From an uncultured delta proteobacterium (GTDB lineage Bacteria > Desulfobacterota > WTBG01 > CAIYCZ01), in assembly GCA_963803975.1 (NCBI GenBank), contig CAWDOY010000047.1, forward strand, positions 128,001-192,000: 64,000 nt of DNA. Reading direction: 5' to 3'. Shown one piece after another: positions 38,988-50,608 of the stretch. The notes beneath the pieces are model-generated. The model had not been told where the DNA came from, made no database searches, and saw only the letters and a program-made list of their open reading frames with translations. The position numbers and the translations under genes were made by a program. The first letter of the stretch is position 1. Each line of letters opens with the position of its first letter.

Positions 38988-39111
38988 TACTCTTGAAAAA
39001 TACTTGCCATTATGACTTCATCTGTATTAGAGTGTAGACCCTGTCGAATAGAATCGAGCGCTGACCTGCACACCATTTCATGTATATGATTAAATTCTTA
39101 CAGGAGTTTTT

Positions 39112-40786
39112 ATGACCAGCCAGCCCTGGCTTTCATCATATGACCGGGAAGTGCCTGCATCGATTGAGTATCCGGACCTGCTCATCCATCAGCTCTTTGA
39201 AAAAGCAGCGGGCCGGTTCCCTGACCATACGGCACTCAATTTTTTTGGCCATGTAATAAGCTACCGCGAGCTGCAGGAAACAATCCTGCGCTTTGCCGGA
39301 GTGCTGCAGAGCCTTGGTGTTAAGCCGCGGGACCGGGTGGTCCTTTTTCTGCCCAATACTCCCCACATGGTAATTTCATTTTATGCAGCGCTTTCTATTG
39401 GTGCCATGGTAGTGCCCACCAACCCGCTCTATACTGAAAAAGAGCTCGCGTTTCAGATAACTGATGCCGGGGCAGAAACACTTATCACACTGGACCTTCT
39501 CTATGCAAGAGTAAACAGCATAAAAACCCGCACTCCCCTGAAGAGAATCATCGTGGGGAAAATCGAGGATTACCTGCCGCCGCTGAAAAAAATTCTCTTT
39601 CCTATTATAGGCAAAAAGGGCGTTGATGTTCCGGCCATAGAGGAATCCGAAGAACTGTTCCTGTTCCAGCATCTGCTGCGCAAAAAAACTGCCCCGCTGG
39701 TTGCGCCGGACACAAAACCGGGAGATACCGCGCTGCTGCAGTATACCGGCGGTACCACCGGCACCTCTAAAGGCGCCATGCTCAGCCACCGGAACATTGT
39801 AGTAAACAATGCGCAAATGCGCCACTGGTATTTTGTGGCGAGAGAGGGCCAGGAGACGTTTATCTCCGTGCTGCCCTTTTTCCATTCTTACGGCATGGCG
39901 GCGGCGCTGAGCCTGCCGCTTTCACTCGGCGCAACCCTCATCCTGATACCACGCTATGTCCCGAAAGATGTCTTAAAAGCAGTAGAGCATTGCTAAGGCA
40001 ACATTTCTCCCGGGCATCCCGGCAATTTATGCCTCCCTCAATGCCTATAAGGATATAAAAAAGTACGATGTCTCGAGCGTCGCGTACTGCATTTCCGGAT
40101 CAGCCCCGCTTCCTGACACCGTGCTCAATGACTTCGAGCGTTTAACCGGCGGCATTATCATTGAAGGATACGGGCTCACGGAAGCATCTCCGGTAACCCA
40201 TTGCAATGCCATCGGCAAAAGAAAAATCGGCAGCATCGGCTTGCCGGTGCCGGACACTGACTGTAAAATCGTCGATATTGAAACGGGGACGGAGGTTCCC
40301 CCCGGTGAAGAAGGCGAGCTGTGTATCAGGGGGCCGCAGGTCATGCAGGGCTACTGGCAGAAGCCGGAAGAAACGGCCCAGGTTATTCGGGACGGATGGC
40401 TCTACACCGGGGACATCGCGCGCATGGATGAAGAGGGGTTTTTCTACATCGTGGAGCGGAAAAAGGACATGATCATATCAGAGGGGTATAATGTCTACCC
40501 GCGTGAGATTGACGAGTTTCTGATGACCCATCCCAGTGTGCGCGACGCTGCCGTCATCGGCGTGCCTGATGAGCTGCGGGGCGAAAAAGTTATAGCCTAT
40601 GTTATCCTGAAGGAGGGCTGCAGCGCCACCCAGGAGGAGATTATAAAATACTGCCGGGATAATCTTGCCAAATATAAAATCCCGAAAAAAATTATTTTTA
40701 AGGACGAACTCCCCAAAACCATGGTCGGCAAGGTGCTGCGCAGGGTGCTGCGGGAGGAGGAATGCAAGACGGCAGATGCCGTTTGA
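39112..40786 (+). CDS. fadD: Long-chain fatty acid-CoA ligase, single indel near 39990
   Basis: [41 protein letters not shown]. Confidence 0.88.
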
Positions 40787-40896
40787 TTTCCGGATTAAAC
40801 ACCTCGCCGGGAGCATTGCAACAGAAGTAACCGCATACAATTTTATTTTCTAACGCTGAAAGCTGAACGCATCTGGCTTTCAGCCGGAGCACTGCC

Positions 40897-42196
40897 ATGA
40901 TAGATCGCTACGCACGCGACATAATGAAAAAAATATGGTCTCCCGAGAACCGCTTTCAAAAGTGGCTTGCGATTGAGATTGCTGCCTGCGAAGCGCTCTG
41001 CACACTGGGCCTGGTGCCGGAACCGGCGCTGAAAAATATTAAAGAGAAGGCGCGCTTTGACATCAAGAGGATTGATGAGATTGAGCAGGTTACCCGGCAC
41101 GATGTTATCGCCTTTACCACCTGCGTGGCGGAATATGTGGGTGAAGATGCCCGCTATATACACTGGGGCCTGACCTCGTCTGATGTTCTTGATACCTCTT
41201 TCTCCCTGCTGCTGAAAGAATCCGCTGAAGTAATTCTTAAGGATATTGACGATTTTCTTGCCGTGCTCAAAGACAAGGCCCTGCAGTATAAAGACACCGC
41301 CATGATCGGCCGCACCCACGGTATACACGCCGAGCCGATCACCTTCGGCCTCAAACTGGCGGTCTGGTATGACGAGATGAAGCGGCACCGGAAGCGCATG
41401 GAGCGAGCCAGGGAAAATATCAGCTATGGCAAAATCTCGGGCGCGGTGGGCACCTTTGCCTACAATCCTCCGTTTGTGGAACAGCATGTCTGTGAAAAAT
41501 GCGGCCTCAAGCCCGCCCCGATCTCGACGCAGATACTCCAGCGCGACCTGCACGCCGAGTACTTCACCACCCTGGCCCTTATCGGCAGCTCGCTCGATAA
41601 GTTTGCCACTGAGATACGGCATCTGCAGCGCACCGAGGTCTCGGAAGCGTCGGAATTCTTTTCCGCCGGTCAGAAGGGTTCCTCTGCCATGCCCCACAAG
41701 CAGAACCCCATCCTGTCAGAAAATATCTCGGGCCTGGCCCGTATTCTGCGCGGCAACGCGCTTGCTGCCATGGAAAATGTAGCGCTGTGGCACGAGCGTG
41801 ACATCAGCCACTCTTCTGTTGAGCGGGTCATCGGTCCCGACAGCACCACCCTGCTCGACTTCATGCTGGTCAGGTTCACCGGTCTCATTAAAAATCTGCT
41901 CGTGTACCCGGAAAAGATGATGGCAAACATGAACATCACCCGGGGGATATTTTTTTCACAGAAATTGCTGCTTGAGCTTACCCAGCGCGGAATGACCCGT
42001 GAAGACGCGTACCGGCTGGTGCAGAAAAACGCGCTGCAGGCATGGAGTGAGCAGAAGGATTTTATGGAGTTAGTCCAGGGCGACCCTGAAATTACCCGGG
42101 TTCTTGCCAAAGAAGAAATCGCCGCATGCCTGTGATATCCGCTTCTTTTTCCGGCACGTCGATGAAATATTTAAACGGGTCTTTGCCGAAGGATGA
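40897..42196 (+). CDS. purB: Adenylosuccinate lyase, C-terminal indel
   Basis: MIDRY, TRHDVIAF, GRTHG, GSSAMPHKQNP; alternative frame ends ..HVDEIFKRVFAEG* overlapping gmhB start. Confidence 0.95.
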
Positions 42197-42768
42197 TGAC
42201 GCGGGCGGTATTTCTTGACCGGGACGGCACCATTAATGTTGACGTTGGCTATCTGAACCACCCTGACCAGATGGAGCTGATTCCCCGGGCTGGTGATGCG
42301 ATCAGGCTGCTCAATGAGGCTGGCTTTAAAGCAGTAGTGGTCACGAACCAGGCAGGAATTGCCAGGGGGCTTCTTCAGGAAGAATTATTGCCCGCAATCC
42401 ACCAGCGTCTTTCAGCGCTGCTTGATCAAGAGAAGGCGCGGATTGACGGCTATTACTATTGCCCGCACCATCCCGAGGCGGCCATAGAACAGTACCGGAT
42501 TGCCTGCCAGTGCCGCAAACCTTTTCCCGGCCTGATACGTACGGCTGCTGCTGACCTGGGAATTGATGTGGCGCGCTCCTGGGTCATCGGCGATAAATCA
42601 TGCGACATAGAACTTGCCCACAACGTTGGGGCCGGGGCAGTTATGGTCATGACCGGATATGGCAAAACTGAATTGGCGCTTCATGAAGAGTCGCAGCGTC
42701 AGCCTCCGCATCACATTGCAGCAGATCTGTATGCTGCGGCGCAATGGATTCTCAGGGAGAGCCGGTAA
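42193..42768 (+). CDS. gmhB: D-glycero-D-manno-heptose 1,7-bisphosphate phosphatase
   Basis: FLDRDGTIN, TNQAG, CPHHP, CQCRKP, IGDK. Confidence 0.9.
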   Translation: MMTRAVFLDRDGTINVDVGYLNHPDQMELIPRAGDAIRLLNEAGFKAVVVTNQAGIARGLLQEELLPAIHQRLSALLDQEKARIDGYYYCPHHPEAAIEQYRIACQCRKPFPGLIRTAAADLGIDVARSWVIGDKSCDIELAHNVGAGAVMVMTGYGKTELALHEESQRQPPHHIAADLYAAAQWILRESR

Positions 42769-42831
42769 GCAGCGGAGGATGCAGATAAACGCAGATGTAA
42801 GGGATGCATAATGATAAGCAAAGGAGAGCGT

Positions 42832-43002
42832 ATGGCCCTAAGCAAAGACTTACTTGATATTCTTGCCTGTCCCCAGTGCAAAGGAGATATTCGGTTAAAT
42901 GAAAAACAGGATGGTCTTATCTGTGATACGTGCAAACTGCTCTATCACATTAAAGACGACATCCCTATCATGCTGATTGATGAGGCAACGAAGCTGGAAT
43001 AA
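42832..43002 (+). CDS. Trm112/YcaR family protein
   Basis: LLDILACPQCKG..YHIKDDIPIMLIDEA. Confidence 0.88.
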   Translation: MALSKDLLDILACPQCKGDIRLNEKQDGLICDTCKLLYHIKDDIPIMLIDEATKLE

Positions 43003-43005
43003 TGG

Positions 43006-43078
43006 TAGCCATCAGCGCACAGCTATCAGCATTCAGCTAGTTTTTTAGCTGACAACTGATAGCTGACGGCTGACTGCT
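43006..43078. repeat. Inverted heptamer array (TCAGC/GCTGA units)
   Basis: atcagcgcacagctatcagcattcagc ... gctgacaactgatagctgacggctgac. Confidence 0.65.
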
Positions 43079-43081
43079 TCA

Positions 43082-44414
43082 TCAGTATGCCGGATAACCG
43101 AGCCGTGTGGCCGGCTTCATCATAGCGATGGCCTGCTCGGGGGTAAATTGTGCAAGCTTTTCTGCCAGCTGCGGCCGCTCTTTTTTAATCCGATCCAGAT
43201 GCGGCTGCATTCCCCGCATGATATGCCCGTAGAGGTTAAAGGGATTGAGAGACCAGAACAGTTTCTGGGTAATAACCTTGTGCAGATAATTTAATTCATC
43301 CTCGTTAAAAATACGGAAAAAGACCGGATAGCAGAGAAAGTCTTTATAGTCATGCGTTTCCGGCCAGTTCTTCTGCCACCACTCAATATAGTCCATAACG
43401 CCTTCCCGGTCGGCCTTGCCGGTATGCAGTGCTTTGCAGACCGCATTGGCTGCCTTATGACCTGACAGCAGTGCCCCGGTATTTTCAGCTTCGGCAAACC
43501 AGCAGCTGTCCCCCACAAACAGCACATTGTCCTTGAATGGTTCCCGGGCAGGGCCCCAGGCATTGATCACCGCGCAGCGCTTGTGCGTTACCTCGACCTT
43601 GTTGAACCATTTGCTGAAGGTGCTCTTCTGGGTGAAAAATTTAAGCTTTTCATCACCGTGCGATATAGAGCCAGTATTCGTCATCCCGGTAAGGGCTCGG
43701 GAGCATGCAGAAATGTACTGACCCCAGGTTCCCCTGATGGTCAAACGCATTGCCCATGCAGATCATCTCCGAGCGGTCAAATTTGACACCGGTTATATAA
43801 TAGCTTACCGAGGCGGAGGTGAAGAGAAAAACTCTTTCCTGGTTCAAACCAAGCCTTCGTGCCAGGCGGGAGTTGATGCCGTCGGCAGCAATACAGAAGG
43901 TACCGGTAATCTTGTCCCCGTTGCTTGTCAGCACCTCGACTCCTGCTGCCGTCTTGCCTGACATCAACAACATTTCGCTCAAGATAAAAATCAACCCCTG
44001 CCGTCTGTGCTTCTTCAAACAGGCCCTGCAAGCAGTGCTTCCTTGTTAAAAACAACTGCCGCCAGTGTCCTGGCCCGATGCATTTGCTTCATAATCCCCT
44101 ATTTCAATACGGTCCTCGGCATTGGGAGCGATGAAGTGGGTCCCATAGAATTCGCGGTAGCTGCCCTTATAGTTGACGGAAAAGTTATTCACCGGAAAAA
44201 TCCACTTCTGCTTTTCACGGGAAAAGTACATTCGCTCATTATAGAACGAATCCATGTTCATCAGAAACATCTGAGCGCAGGCCCGGTACACGAGGGCAGG
44301 ATGGGTTTTTCTCTCCAGAAGAGCCACGCTCAATCCATTTTCAGCCGCGGTTTTTGCAGCCTCCAGGCCTGATGTACCTCCCCCGACAACAACGAGATCA
44401 TATTTCTTGCTCAT
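43082..44414 (-). CDS. FAD-dependent oxidoreductase (geranylgeranyl reductase/FixC-like), copy 2, split by indels
   Basis: VVVGGGTSG, IAADGINS, LFVGDSC across three ORFs. Confidence 0.8.
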
Positions 44415-44499
44415 GGATCAACCTCTCTGAAATGTACTATTATAAGTCCGTCGCCGGCACTGAGATTTTTTTGCTGTCCCCTGTATTCTCTTGTCTGCT

Positions 44500-44541
44500 C
44501 GCCCGCCGTAGCTTTATGCGCATGTGGATAGCGAAGGCGGG
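44500..44541. repeat. REP-like palindrome, copy A
   Basis: cgcccgccgtagctttatgcg..gcgaaggcggg; matches 46021-46049. Confidence 0.6.
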
Positions 44542-44570
44542 TCTTCTGTATTCTGTTCTCTGCCATCTCT

Positions 44571-45897
44571 TTAATAGTTCGGATACCCTGCCCGGGAGGC
44601 CGGCTTCATCATGGTAGTTGCCATCTCGGGCCGGAACATGGCGATCTTTTTCGCCAGAGCGGGGCGTTCCTGCTTGATCCGCTCAATATGCGGCTGTATG
44701 CCGATCATTACCCGCTCATAGAGCTTGAACGGGTTCATGGTCCAGGGCAGCTTCTGCGTGACAATCTGATGCAAATAGTTGTGCTCATCTTCAGTAAACA
44801 GGCGGTTAAAAACCGGGTAGCAGAGAAACTCCTTGTAATCATGGGTTTCAAGCCAGTTGCGCTGCCACCACTCGATATAATCCATGACCCCTTCCCGGCC
44901 GGGCTGTCCCGCTGTGCAATGCCGTGCAGACCGCATGGGCGGCCTTGTGGCCGGACAGCAGCGCGCCGGTGTTTTCCGCCTCGGCAAACCAGCAGCTGTC
45001 CCCGACAAACAGCACGTTGTCCTTGAACGGTTCCTTTGCCGGGCTCCAGTTGTTGATAACCGCGCAGCGCTTATGGGTCACCTGGACATTATGAAACCAT
45101 TTTTTAAACGGGCTTTTCTGGACAAAATACTCGAACCGCTCCGCGCTTTGGATATAGAGCCAGTACTCGTCATCGCGGTAAACGCTCGGCAGCATGGAAA
45201 AAGGAAATGTGCCGCGCCCGCTGGGGCCTGGGCAGATGCCGAGGAAAATGACCTCGGAGCGATCAAACTTGACCCCGGTTATATAATAGCTGATCGCCTT
45301 GCCGGTGTTGCAGAACACCCGGTCCTTATTCAACCCGAGCTTTCGTGCCAGCCGTGAATTTGCGCCATCCGCAGCAATGCAGAAGGTCCCGGTAAATTTC
45401 TCACCGCTGGTTGTCAATACCTCAACGCCCTGAGCGGTTTTGCGGGCATCTATCACGTTGCGCTCAAGATAATAGGTAACGCCTGCCTTTTTTCCCTCGG
45501 CATACAAACCGCCCAGCAGAACACCCTTGTCAAAAACCACTGCCGGGATTCCCGCACCTGTTGCATTGGCTTCATAGTCGCCGATCTCGATCCGGTCTTC
45601 TGCATTGGGGGCAATGAAATGGCATCCGTAAAATTCCCGGTAGGTACCCGGATAGTTAACCGTGAAATTATTGACCGGGAACACCCATTTTTTTGTTTCA
45701 CGGGAAAAGTACATCCGTTCATTATAGAACGAATCCATGTTCATCAGAAACATCTGGGCGCAGGAGCGCTGAATTTTTCCGGGATCAGTTTTCCGCTCCA
45801 GAAGAGCAACCGCGAGTCCGTTTTCAGCCGCGGTCTTTGCAGCTTCCAGCCCTGAAGTGCCGCCGCCCACCACTATGAGATCAAACTTTTTTGCCAT
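44571..45897 (-). CDS. FAD-dependent oxidoreductase (geranylgeranyl reductase/FixC-like), copy 1, C-terminal indel
   Basis: IVVGGGTSG, IAADGANS, LFVGDSCWFAEAENTGA; close paralog of downstream gene. Confidence 0.82.
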
Positions 45898-46020
45898 AAC
45901 AAACTCCAGACTTTTCAGATAACACTATACCCGGTCTTTACCGGGCACACCATACCATAACCATGCGGGGTTAAAAAGTAGAATTTGCATCCCGTGATGA
46001 TGGGGTGCTGTCCATTGCTT

Positions 46021-46049
46021 GCCCGCCGTAGCTTTATGCGAAGGCGGGT
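46021..46049. repeat. REP-like palindrome, copy B
   Basis: gcccgccgtagctttatgcgaaggcgggt. Confidence 0.6.
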
Positions 46050-46066
46050 TGACTATTGCCTGCTGC

Positions 46067-46954
46067 CTATTGCCTATTGCCTAATACACGCTCTATAGCC
46101 CAACGCAATTTCCGCAGCCGGAGAAACAGCCGCATGCGCATAAAATCTTTTCTCAGTCTTTTCCTGATGCCGGCATCTGTCCCCCAGTAGGAGCGAAGGA
46201 AATAAAGCTGGTCCCGCTCTGTCAGCGCCAGGCCCTGCCGGCTCAGTTTTACCATAGAGCGGCAGCAGCGCACCATATTGCTGCTGCGCTGGGCAGGAGA
46301 AATGTTTTCCTGTGCCCGCGATTTATCCCAGTCTATTATATAAACCGTATTCCGGTGCTCCGCATCTATGAGAATATTTTTCAGGTTCAGGTCCCCGTGG
46401 TAAAAGCCCCGGTCGTGCATAGCGCGGATGGCCCGCGCTGCCCGTGCAAGGAGCGCTCTCCTTTGTTTCTGAACGTTTCTTCAGCTGTTTCGGCACGGGC
46501 GGCGCTTAAAAATGCCGGCAGATCTCTGCACCCGGAAAGCTCTCTGGTTATAAGATAGCCGCGATAGAATGGCCCGGCAACCCTGAACGCGACCGCGGCC
46601 AGTACCGCTGCGGTGGGAATGCCGGCTTGCAGGGCAGCTGCGCCCACCCGCAGCTCTTCTAAAGGCCGCTGGTCCCCCCAGTACAGGTCCCGCACCAGAA
46701 AACGCAGCAGCCCTCCCCGGCGATAGGTCTTTATGATCATGCGCTCGCCGGGTCTGCCCGTCTATGGGAACTGCAGGCGTTGCGCCTCTTCCGCTATAGC
46801 GGGCAGAGCTGTCCCGGCACAGGGCACGGAGCTTTTCAGGATTATCTATACCCTGCTGCAGCAGCTCTGCCTTATAGTCTTCCCGGACAACCACGGTTGT
46901 ATGGCTGTCCCTGATAAGAGCAAATCCCGGGGGGCATGTAGCAGATGGTTTCAT
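46067..46954 (-). CDS. Kdo/WaaP family lipopolysaccharide kinase, split by indels
   Basis: GRG, YRRGGL, HDRGFYHGDLNLKNIL, IIDWD. Confidence 0.8.
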
Positions 46955-47057
46955 TAAGACGCCTGCCAAGGGTATTGTTAGTTCTGCCGGAGGTGAACCA
47001 GCACCGCCTGAGCCGCATAATAAAATCCCCCTGCCGTCTCTGTCAAATACTAAAATT

Positions 47058-47091
47058 AACAGGCCCCGGCGCAGGAAGGCCGGGGCCTGTT
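47058..47091. terminator. GC-rich hairpin, probable terminator
   Basis: aacaggccccggc / gccggggcctgtt. Confidence 0.55.
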
Positions 47092-47190
47092 CCATAATCA
47101 TCCCGTTGTTGCGCAGTCATCCGGGTTCCGGAGGTCGTTCATTCCGCTGTCAGTTCCCTGTGCAACGGATTTCATACCACAGCCGGGCCA

Positions 47191-47745
47191 CTATTTATCG
47201 AACTGGGGATCCCCTTCAAATTTTATAGACTCAATACAGACACCTTTTATACCGCCATAGCCGGGGTAAACTTCCCCGTACACTTCTACTTCCCTTCCCA
47301 CCAGGGGAACCAGCGTGGCCCACGTGTTCAGCTTTGGTCCTTTTTTCTGCGCCTCAGTTAAGACTCTCGGTATGCGGGGTGAATTCATGCTCTGAGATAC
47401 GCTTTCACCTTTCCGCGGGGTCGGGTAATACAGGGTCCCGTCTTTGGTGAGAATAAAAACCTTGCTGTTCCGCTCTGCGCTGAATTTGGCAGGCCGCAGC
47501 TCTTCTTTCGAATAGGGCTGTTCATAATTTTTTTGTGGTGAGGTAGTACCGTTAAAAAGAGAATTTCCCTCCACAGCAACACCTTTTACGGTCTTTCCCT
47601 CCTGAGCCGCAGCAGAAAACTTGTCCTCTATAATCTTCATGCGCTCTTCATACGTAAGTTTTTTAGCTGCTGCCTCTTCAGCCTGGACTGATTGTGCAAA
47701 AAATATGGACACCAGAGCAATAAATATATATTTCCAATTTCTCAT
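47191..47745 (-). CDS. Hypothetical periplasmic protein
   Basis: RBS GAGGAGGAG; signal peptide ending VQA. Confidence 0.7.
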   Translation of the reverse strand: MRNWKYIFIALVSIFFAQSVQAEEAAAKKLTYEERMKIIEDKFSAAAQEGKTVKGVAVEGNSLFNGTTSPQKNYEQPYSKEELRPAKFSAERNSKVFILTKDGTLYYPTPRKGESVSQSMNSPRIPRVLTEAQKKGPKLNTWATLVPLVGREVEVYGEVYPGYGGIKGVCIESIKFEGDPQFDK

Positions 47746-47798
47746 ATTCTCCTCCTCTAATCATTAAAAAGTGCTTAAACGTGACGATCGTGTTTCAA

Positions 47799-48671
47799 TT
47801 ATATAACATCCTTTGATTCTATCGCTTCCCTTTTTCTCTTGCGCAGATCATTGATAATTAAATAGGTTGAAACCGCAAAACCGCCGATAATGACCGACAT
47901 GATGGGCCAGTTGATATGCACCCAGGGTTCTTTCAGCATGCCCCATTTGGCAAGAATTTCCACATCATTCCACAGAATGGTCACGGTCGGAATAGCGTAC
48001 TTCAAATTGGCCCCGAATTTGTCATATCCTAGCAGTTTATAGCAGAGGTAGAAAAACACTGAGAACGAGGCAAAAAACACGAGATAGGTGAACCAGGACT
48101 CTTTGCCGAAAAGTTGTTCGTCGTAGGCGATCATGAGCAGGACATAAAAGGTCCAGGTTACCATAATATATTCGAAGGCAGTACGCGGCCCGTAGTTGTC
48201 AATCTTTCCGGTAGCAACCACCCCGCGCATAAGCCGGAGCTTTCTTCTCAGGAAGTAAATGAAATTACACCGGACGCTTTCCTGATACATGAGATAGGTA
48301 AAAACCATCACCAGGGCCATAACAGACCATTGCATCAGACGGTATTCCGGATAGCTGCCGTTCCATGCGTAGGTGACCCCCATGCGTTCCCCGGCGTACA
48401 TGAGGCTGTATTCCCAGGAGAACCACATGCCGAATCCGCCCATGATGCCGACAAAACTCTGCCACCCGTCGCTTTTTAAGAAGCGGGTCAGGTAAATGGT
48501 TACAAAACCGACAACAAAACAGATCTTGCCAAAATCAAACTTGATTTCAGGACTGTTCTTTTCAATCAGCACCATTACAATATGGCCGATCGCTGAAAGC
48601 CCGAATATCCACACCAGAGATACTGCAGTATAAAAGATGGATTTTAATGAAATGATTTTTTGTTTCGCCAT
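47799..48671 (-). CDS. Hypothetical polytopic membrane protein
   Basis: About 8 hydrophobic helices; RBS AAGGA. Confidence 0.75.
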   Translation of the reverse strand: MAKQKIISLKSIFYTAVSLVWIFGLSAIGHIVMVLIEKNSPEIKFDFGKICFVVGFVTIYLTRFLKSDGWQSFVGIMGGFGMWFSWEYSLMYAGERMGVTYAWNGSYPEYRLMQWSVMALVMVFTYLMYQESVRCNFIYFLRRKLRLMRGVVATGKIDNYGPRTAFEYIMVTWTFYVLLMIAYDEQLFGKESWFTYLVFFASFSVFFYLCYKLLGYDKFGANLKYAIPTVTILWNDVEILAKWGMLKEPWVHINWPIMSVIIGGFAVSTYLIINDLRKRKREAIESKDVI

Positions 48672-48807
48672 GATCTATCCTTCCTTTCATGAAAATTGAA
48701 AAACTATGTAAAGCTACTCTGGTAGCAGTAAGCAATACTGAAACCGCACGATTACGTGAACACCATCAATAGCGGTGATATGAAAGACGGATATGATACG
48801 AGAATAA

Positions 48808-49116
48808 TTATAGAAGCAGCTGCACGGTGGTGGTGATGGAAAGGCCTATCGGCTGGCACAGCGGGGAAAAGTGCGGCCAGCGCACTTCTGACAAAAACGG
48901 GGCGCTGGCAGGAAGCGGGGTTTTTAAGAAGACCGGTGCCTGCGGGGATTGATATTCATTTTTTACCAGCTTCCGGTTTTTTTTAAAATCATCCTGATGT
49001 ATCAGCAGCTTGCCCCCGTGGCCGGCAGTGATAATTTCGGCATAGGGACACAGCATTAGAGAGACAAAGGAAAACAGAAGTAAAACTCTGAGGAAGCGCT
49101 TGCTATGGTCCTGCAT
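48808..49116 (-). CDS. Small hypothetical protein with N-terminal TM/signal and Pro-rich tail
   Basis: ORF co-oriented between padR and the membrane gene. Confidence 0.5.
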   Translation of the reverse strand: MQDHSKRFLRVLLLFSFVSLMLCPYAEIITAGHGGKLLIHQDDFKKNRKLVKNEYQSPQAPVFLKTPLPASAPFLSEVRWPHFSPLCQPIGLSITTTVQLLL

Positions 49117-49131
49117 ACCGGGGCCTGTTGT

Positions 49132-49500
49132 TTAGCTTTTATTTGCCTTGCGGAACGTATCCATGACCGGCCGCAGCAGGCTATACATTTCATCAAGGAG
49201 TTTTTTTCCGAATGGCGTAAGAGCATAATACTTGCGATTGGCTCCCTGCGCTGAAGGCTCTGCATAGCTCTTCAGTATGCCGTCCTTTTCCAGAGAGCGC
49301 AGTTTTTTGTAAAGATTGTTCCGGTCAATATCAAAAAGCCCGTTGGTTATGGTTAAAATTTCTGCCTTTATCTCGTAGGCGTACTTTGCCCCCTGGTGGA
49401 TAAGCGCGAGAGCTGCAAACTGTAAGAAGCCCCTCTTTAAATCAAAGATGAGCTGGTCCATGTGCCGCCTGACGATTTGATGCTTATCTATATCATTCAT
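49132..49500 (-). CDS. PadR family transcriptional regulator
   Basis: YAYEI, LYKKLRSLEKDG, RKYYALTPFG. Confidence 0.88.
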   Translation of the reverse strand: MNDIDKHQIVRRHMDQLIFDLKRGFLQFAALALIHQGAKYAYEIKAEILTITNGLFDIDRNNLYKKLRSLEKDGILKSYAEPSAQGANRKYYALTPFGKKLLDEMYSLLRPVMDTFRKANKS

Positions 49501-49691
49501 GTGGCCCTACCAATAGCAGAAGTTTTTTGATGAAATAGTTCCTTTAGATGTAGTCTTTAAGAATACTATTATAATAACACCAGGGCTTTGTCAAGGAAAA
49601 AAAGGATAGAATGTAAATAGGGTCTATTGTACTGGATTTTTTTGTGCTATATATGGAAACCTGTTCAGCAACTTAACAAGCGGAGAAACGT

Positions 49692-50511
49692 ATGTATTTT
49701 GTTGTATGTGTCAAAATGGTGCCTGATACCACCCAGGTAAAGATTGACCCCGTCACCAATACCCTGATCCGGGAGGGGGTCCCGTTTATCACCAATCCGT
49801 TTGATACCCATGCGGTGGAGGAGGCTCTGCGTTTAAAGGAGAAATACGGCGGCCGCGTAACAGCCCTTTCCATGGGGCCGCCTTCCGCGGAAGTTATACT
49901 GCGCAAGGCGCTGGCCCTCGGGGTTGACGATGCCGTGCTGTTGAGCGACCGCGCCTTTGGCGGCGCGGACACCCTTGCCACCAGCACGGTCCTGGCCGCG
50001 GCCATTGCCCGGCTGGCACAGCAGGAGCCGGTTGATATCGTGCTCTGCGGCAAGCAGACCATCGATGGCGATACCGCGCAGGTGGGGCCCGGAATAGCCA
50101 GCCGCCTGAAATTCGCCCAGCTGACGCTGGTTGACCGGGTTATTGAGATTCACAAGGAAAAGAAGATCATCGTGGTGCGCCGGGCACTGGAAGACCGCTA
50201 CGAAATCATAGAGTCAAGGCTGCCGGCAATGATTACCGTGGTGCGGGAGTGCAATCTGCCGCGCTACCCGACCGTGCCCGGCAGGCTTGAGGCGGCAGAG
50301 GTGAAGCCGCCGGTCTGGACCAATGATATCCTCAAACTCGATCCCAACACCATCGGCCTAAACGGCTCGCCGACCCAGGTGCGCAGAATCTTCGCGCCCC
50401 AGCGGGAAAAGGGCGAGATCATTGGAGGGAGAAGGAGATAAAAAAGATTTCGCCGTGGACACCATATTCGGTAAGCTTAGGGATTGGGATTTTGTGACAC
50501 TTGAAAAATAA
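49692..50511 (+). CDS. etfB: Electron transfer flavoprotein beta subunit, C-terminal indel
   Basis: VCVKMVPDT, NPFD, SDRAFGGADTLATS, GKQTIDGDTAQVGP. Confidence 0.92.
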
Positions 50512-50514
50512 AGG

Positions 50515-50592
50515 GCTCAGGAGCTGCTGAGAACAGGAGTTTTACGGTTTATTAAACTCCCTGAACTCTTCAACTCTTAAACTCCTTAACTC
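50515..50592. repeat. Inverted GGAGTT/AACTCC unit array
   Basis: Same unit family as 7913-7993 and 58649-58725. Confidence 0.55.
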
Positions 50593-50608
50593 ATTTTTGG
50601 AGGATGTA

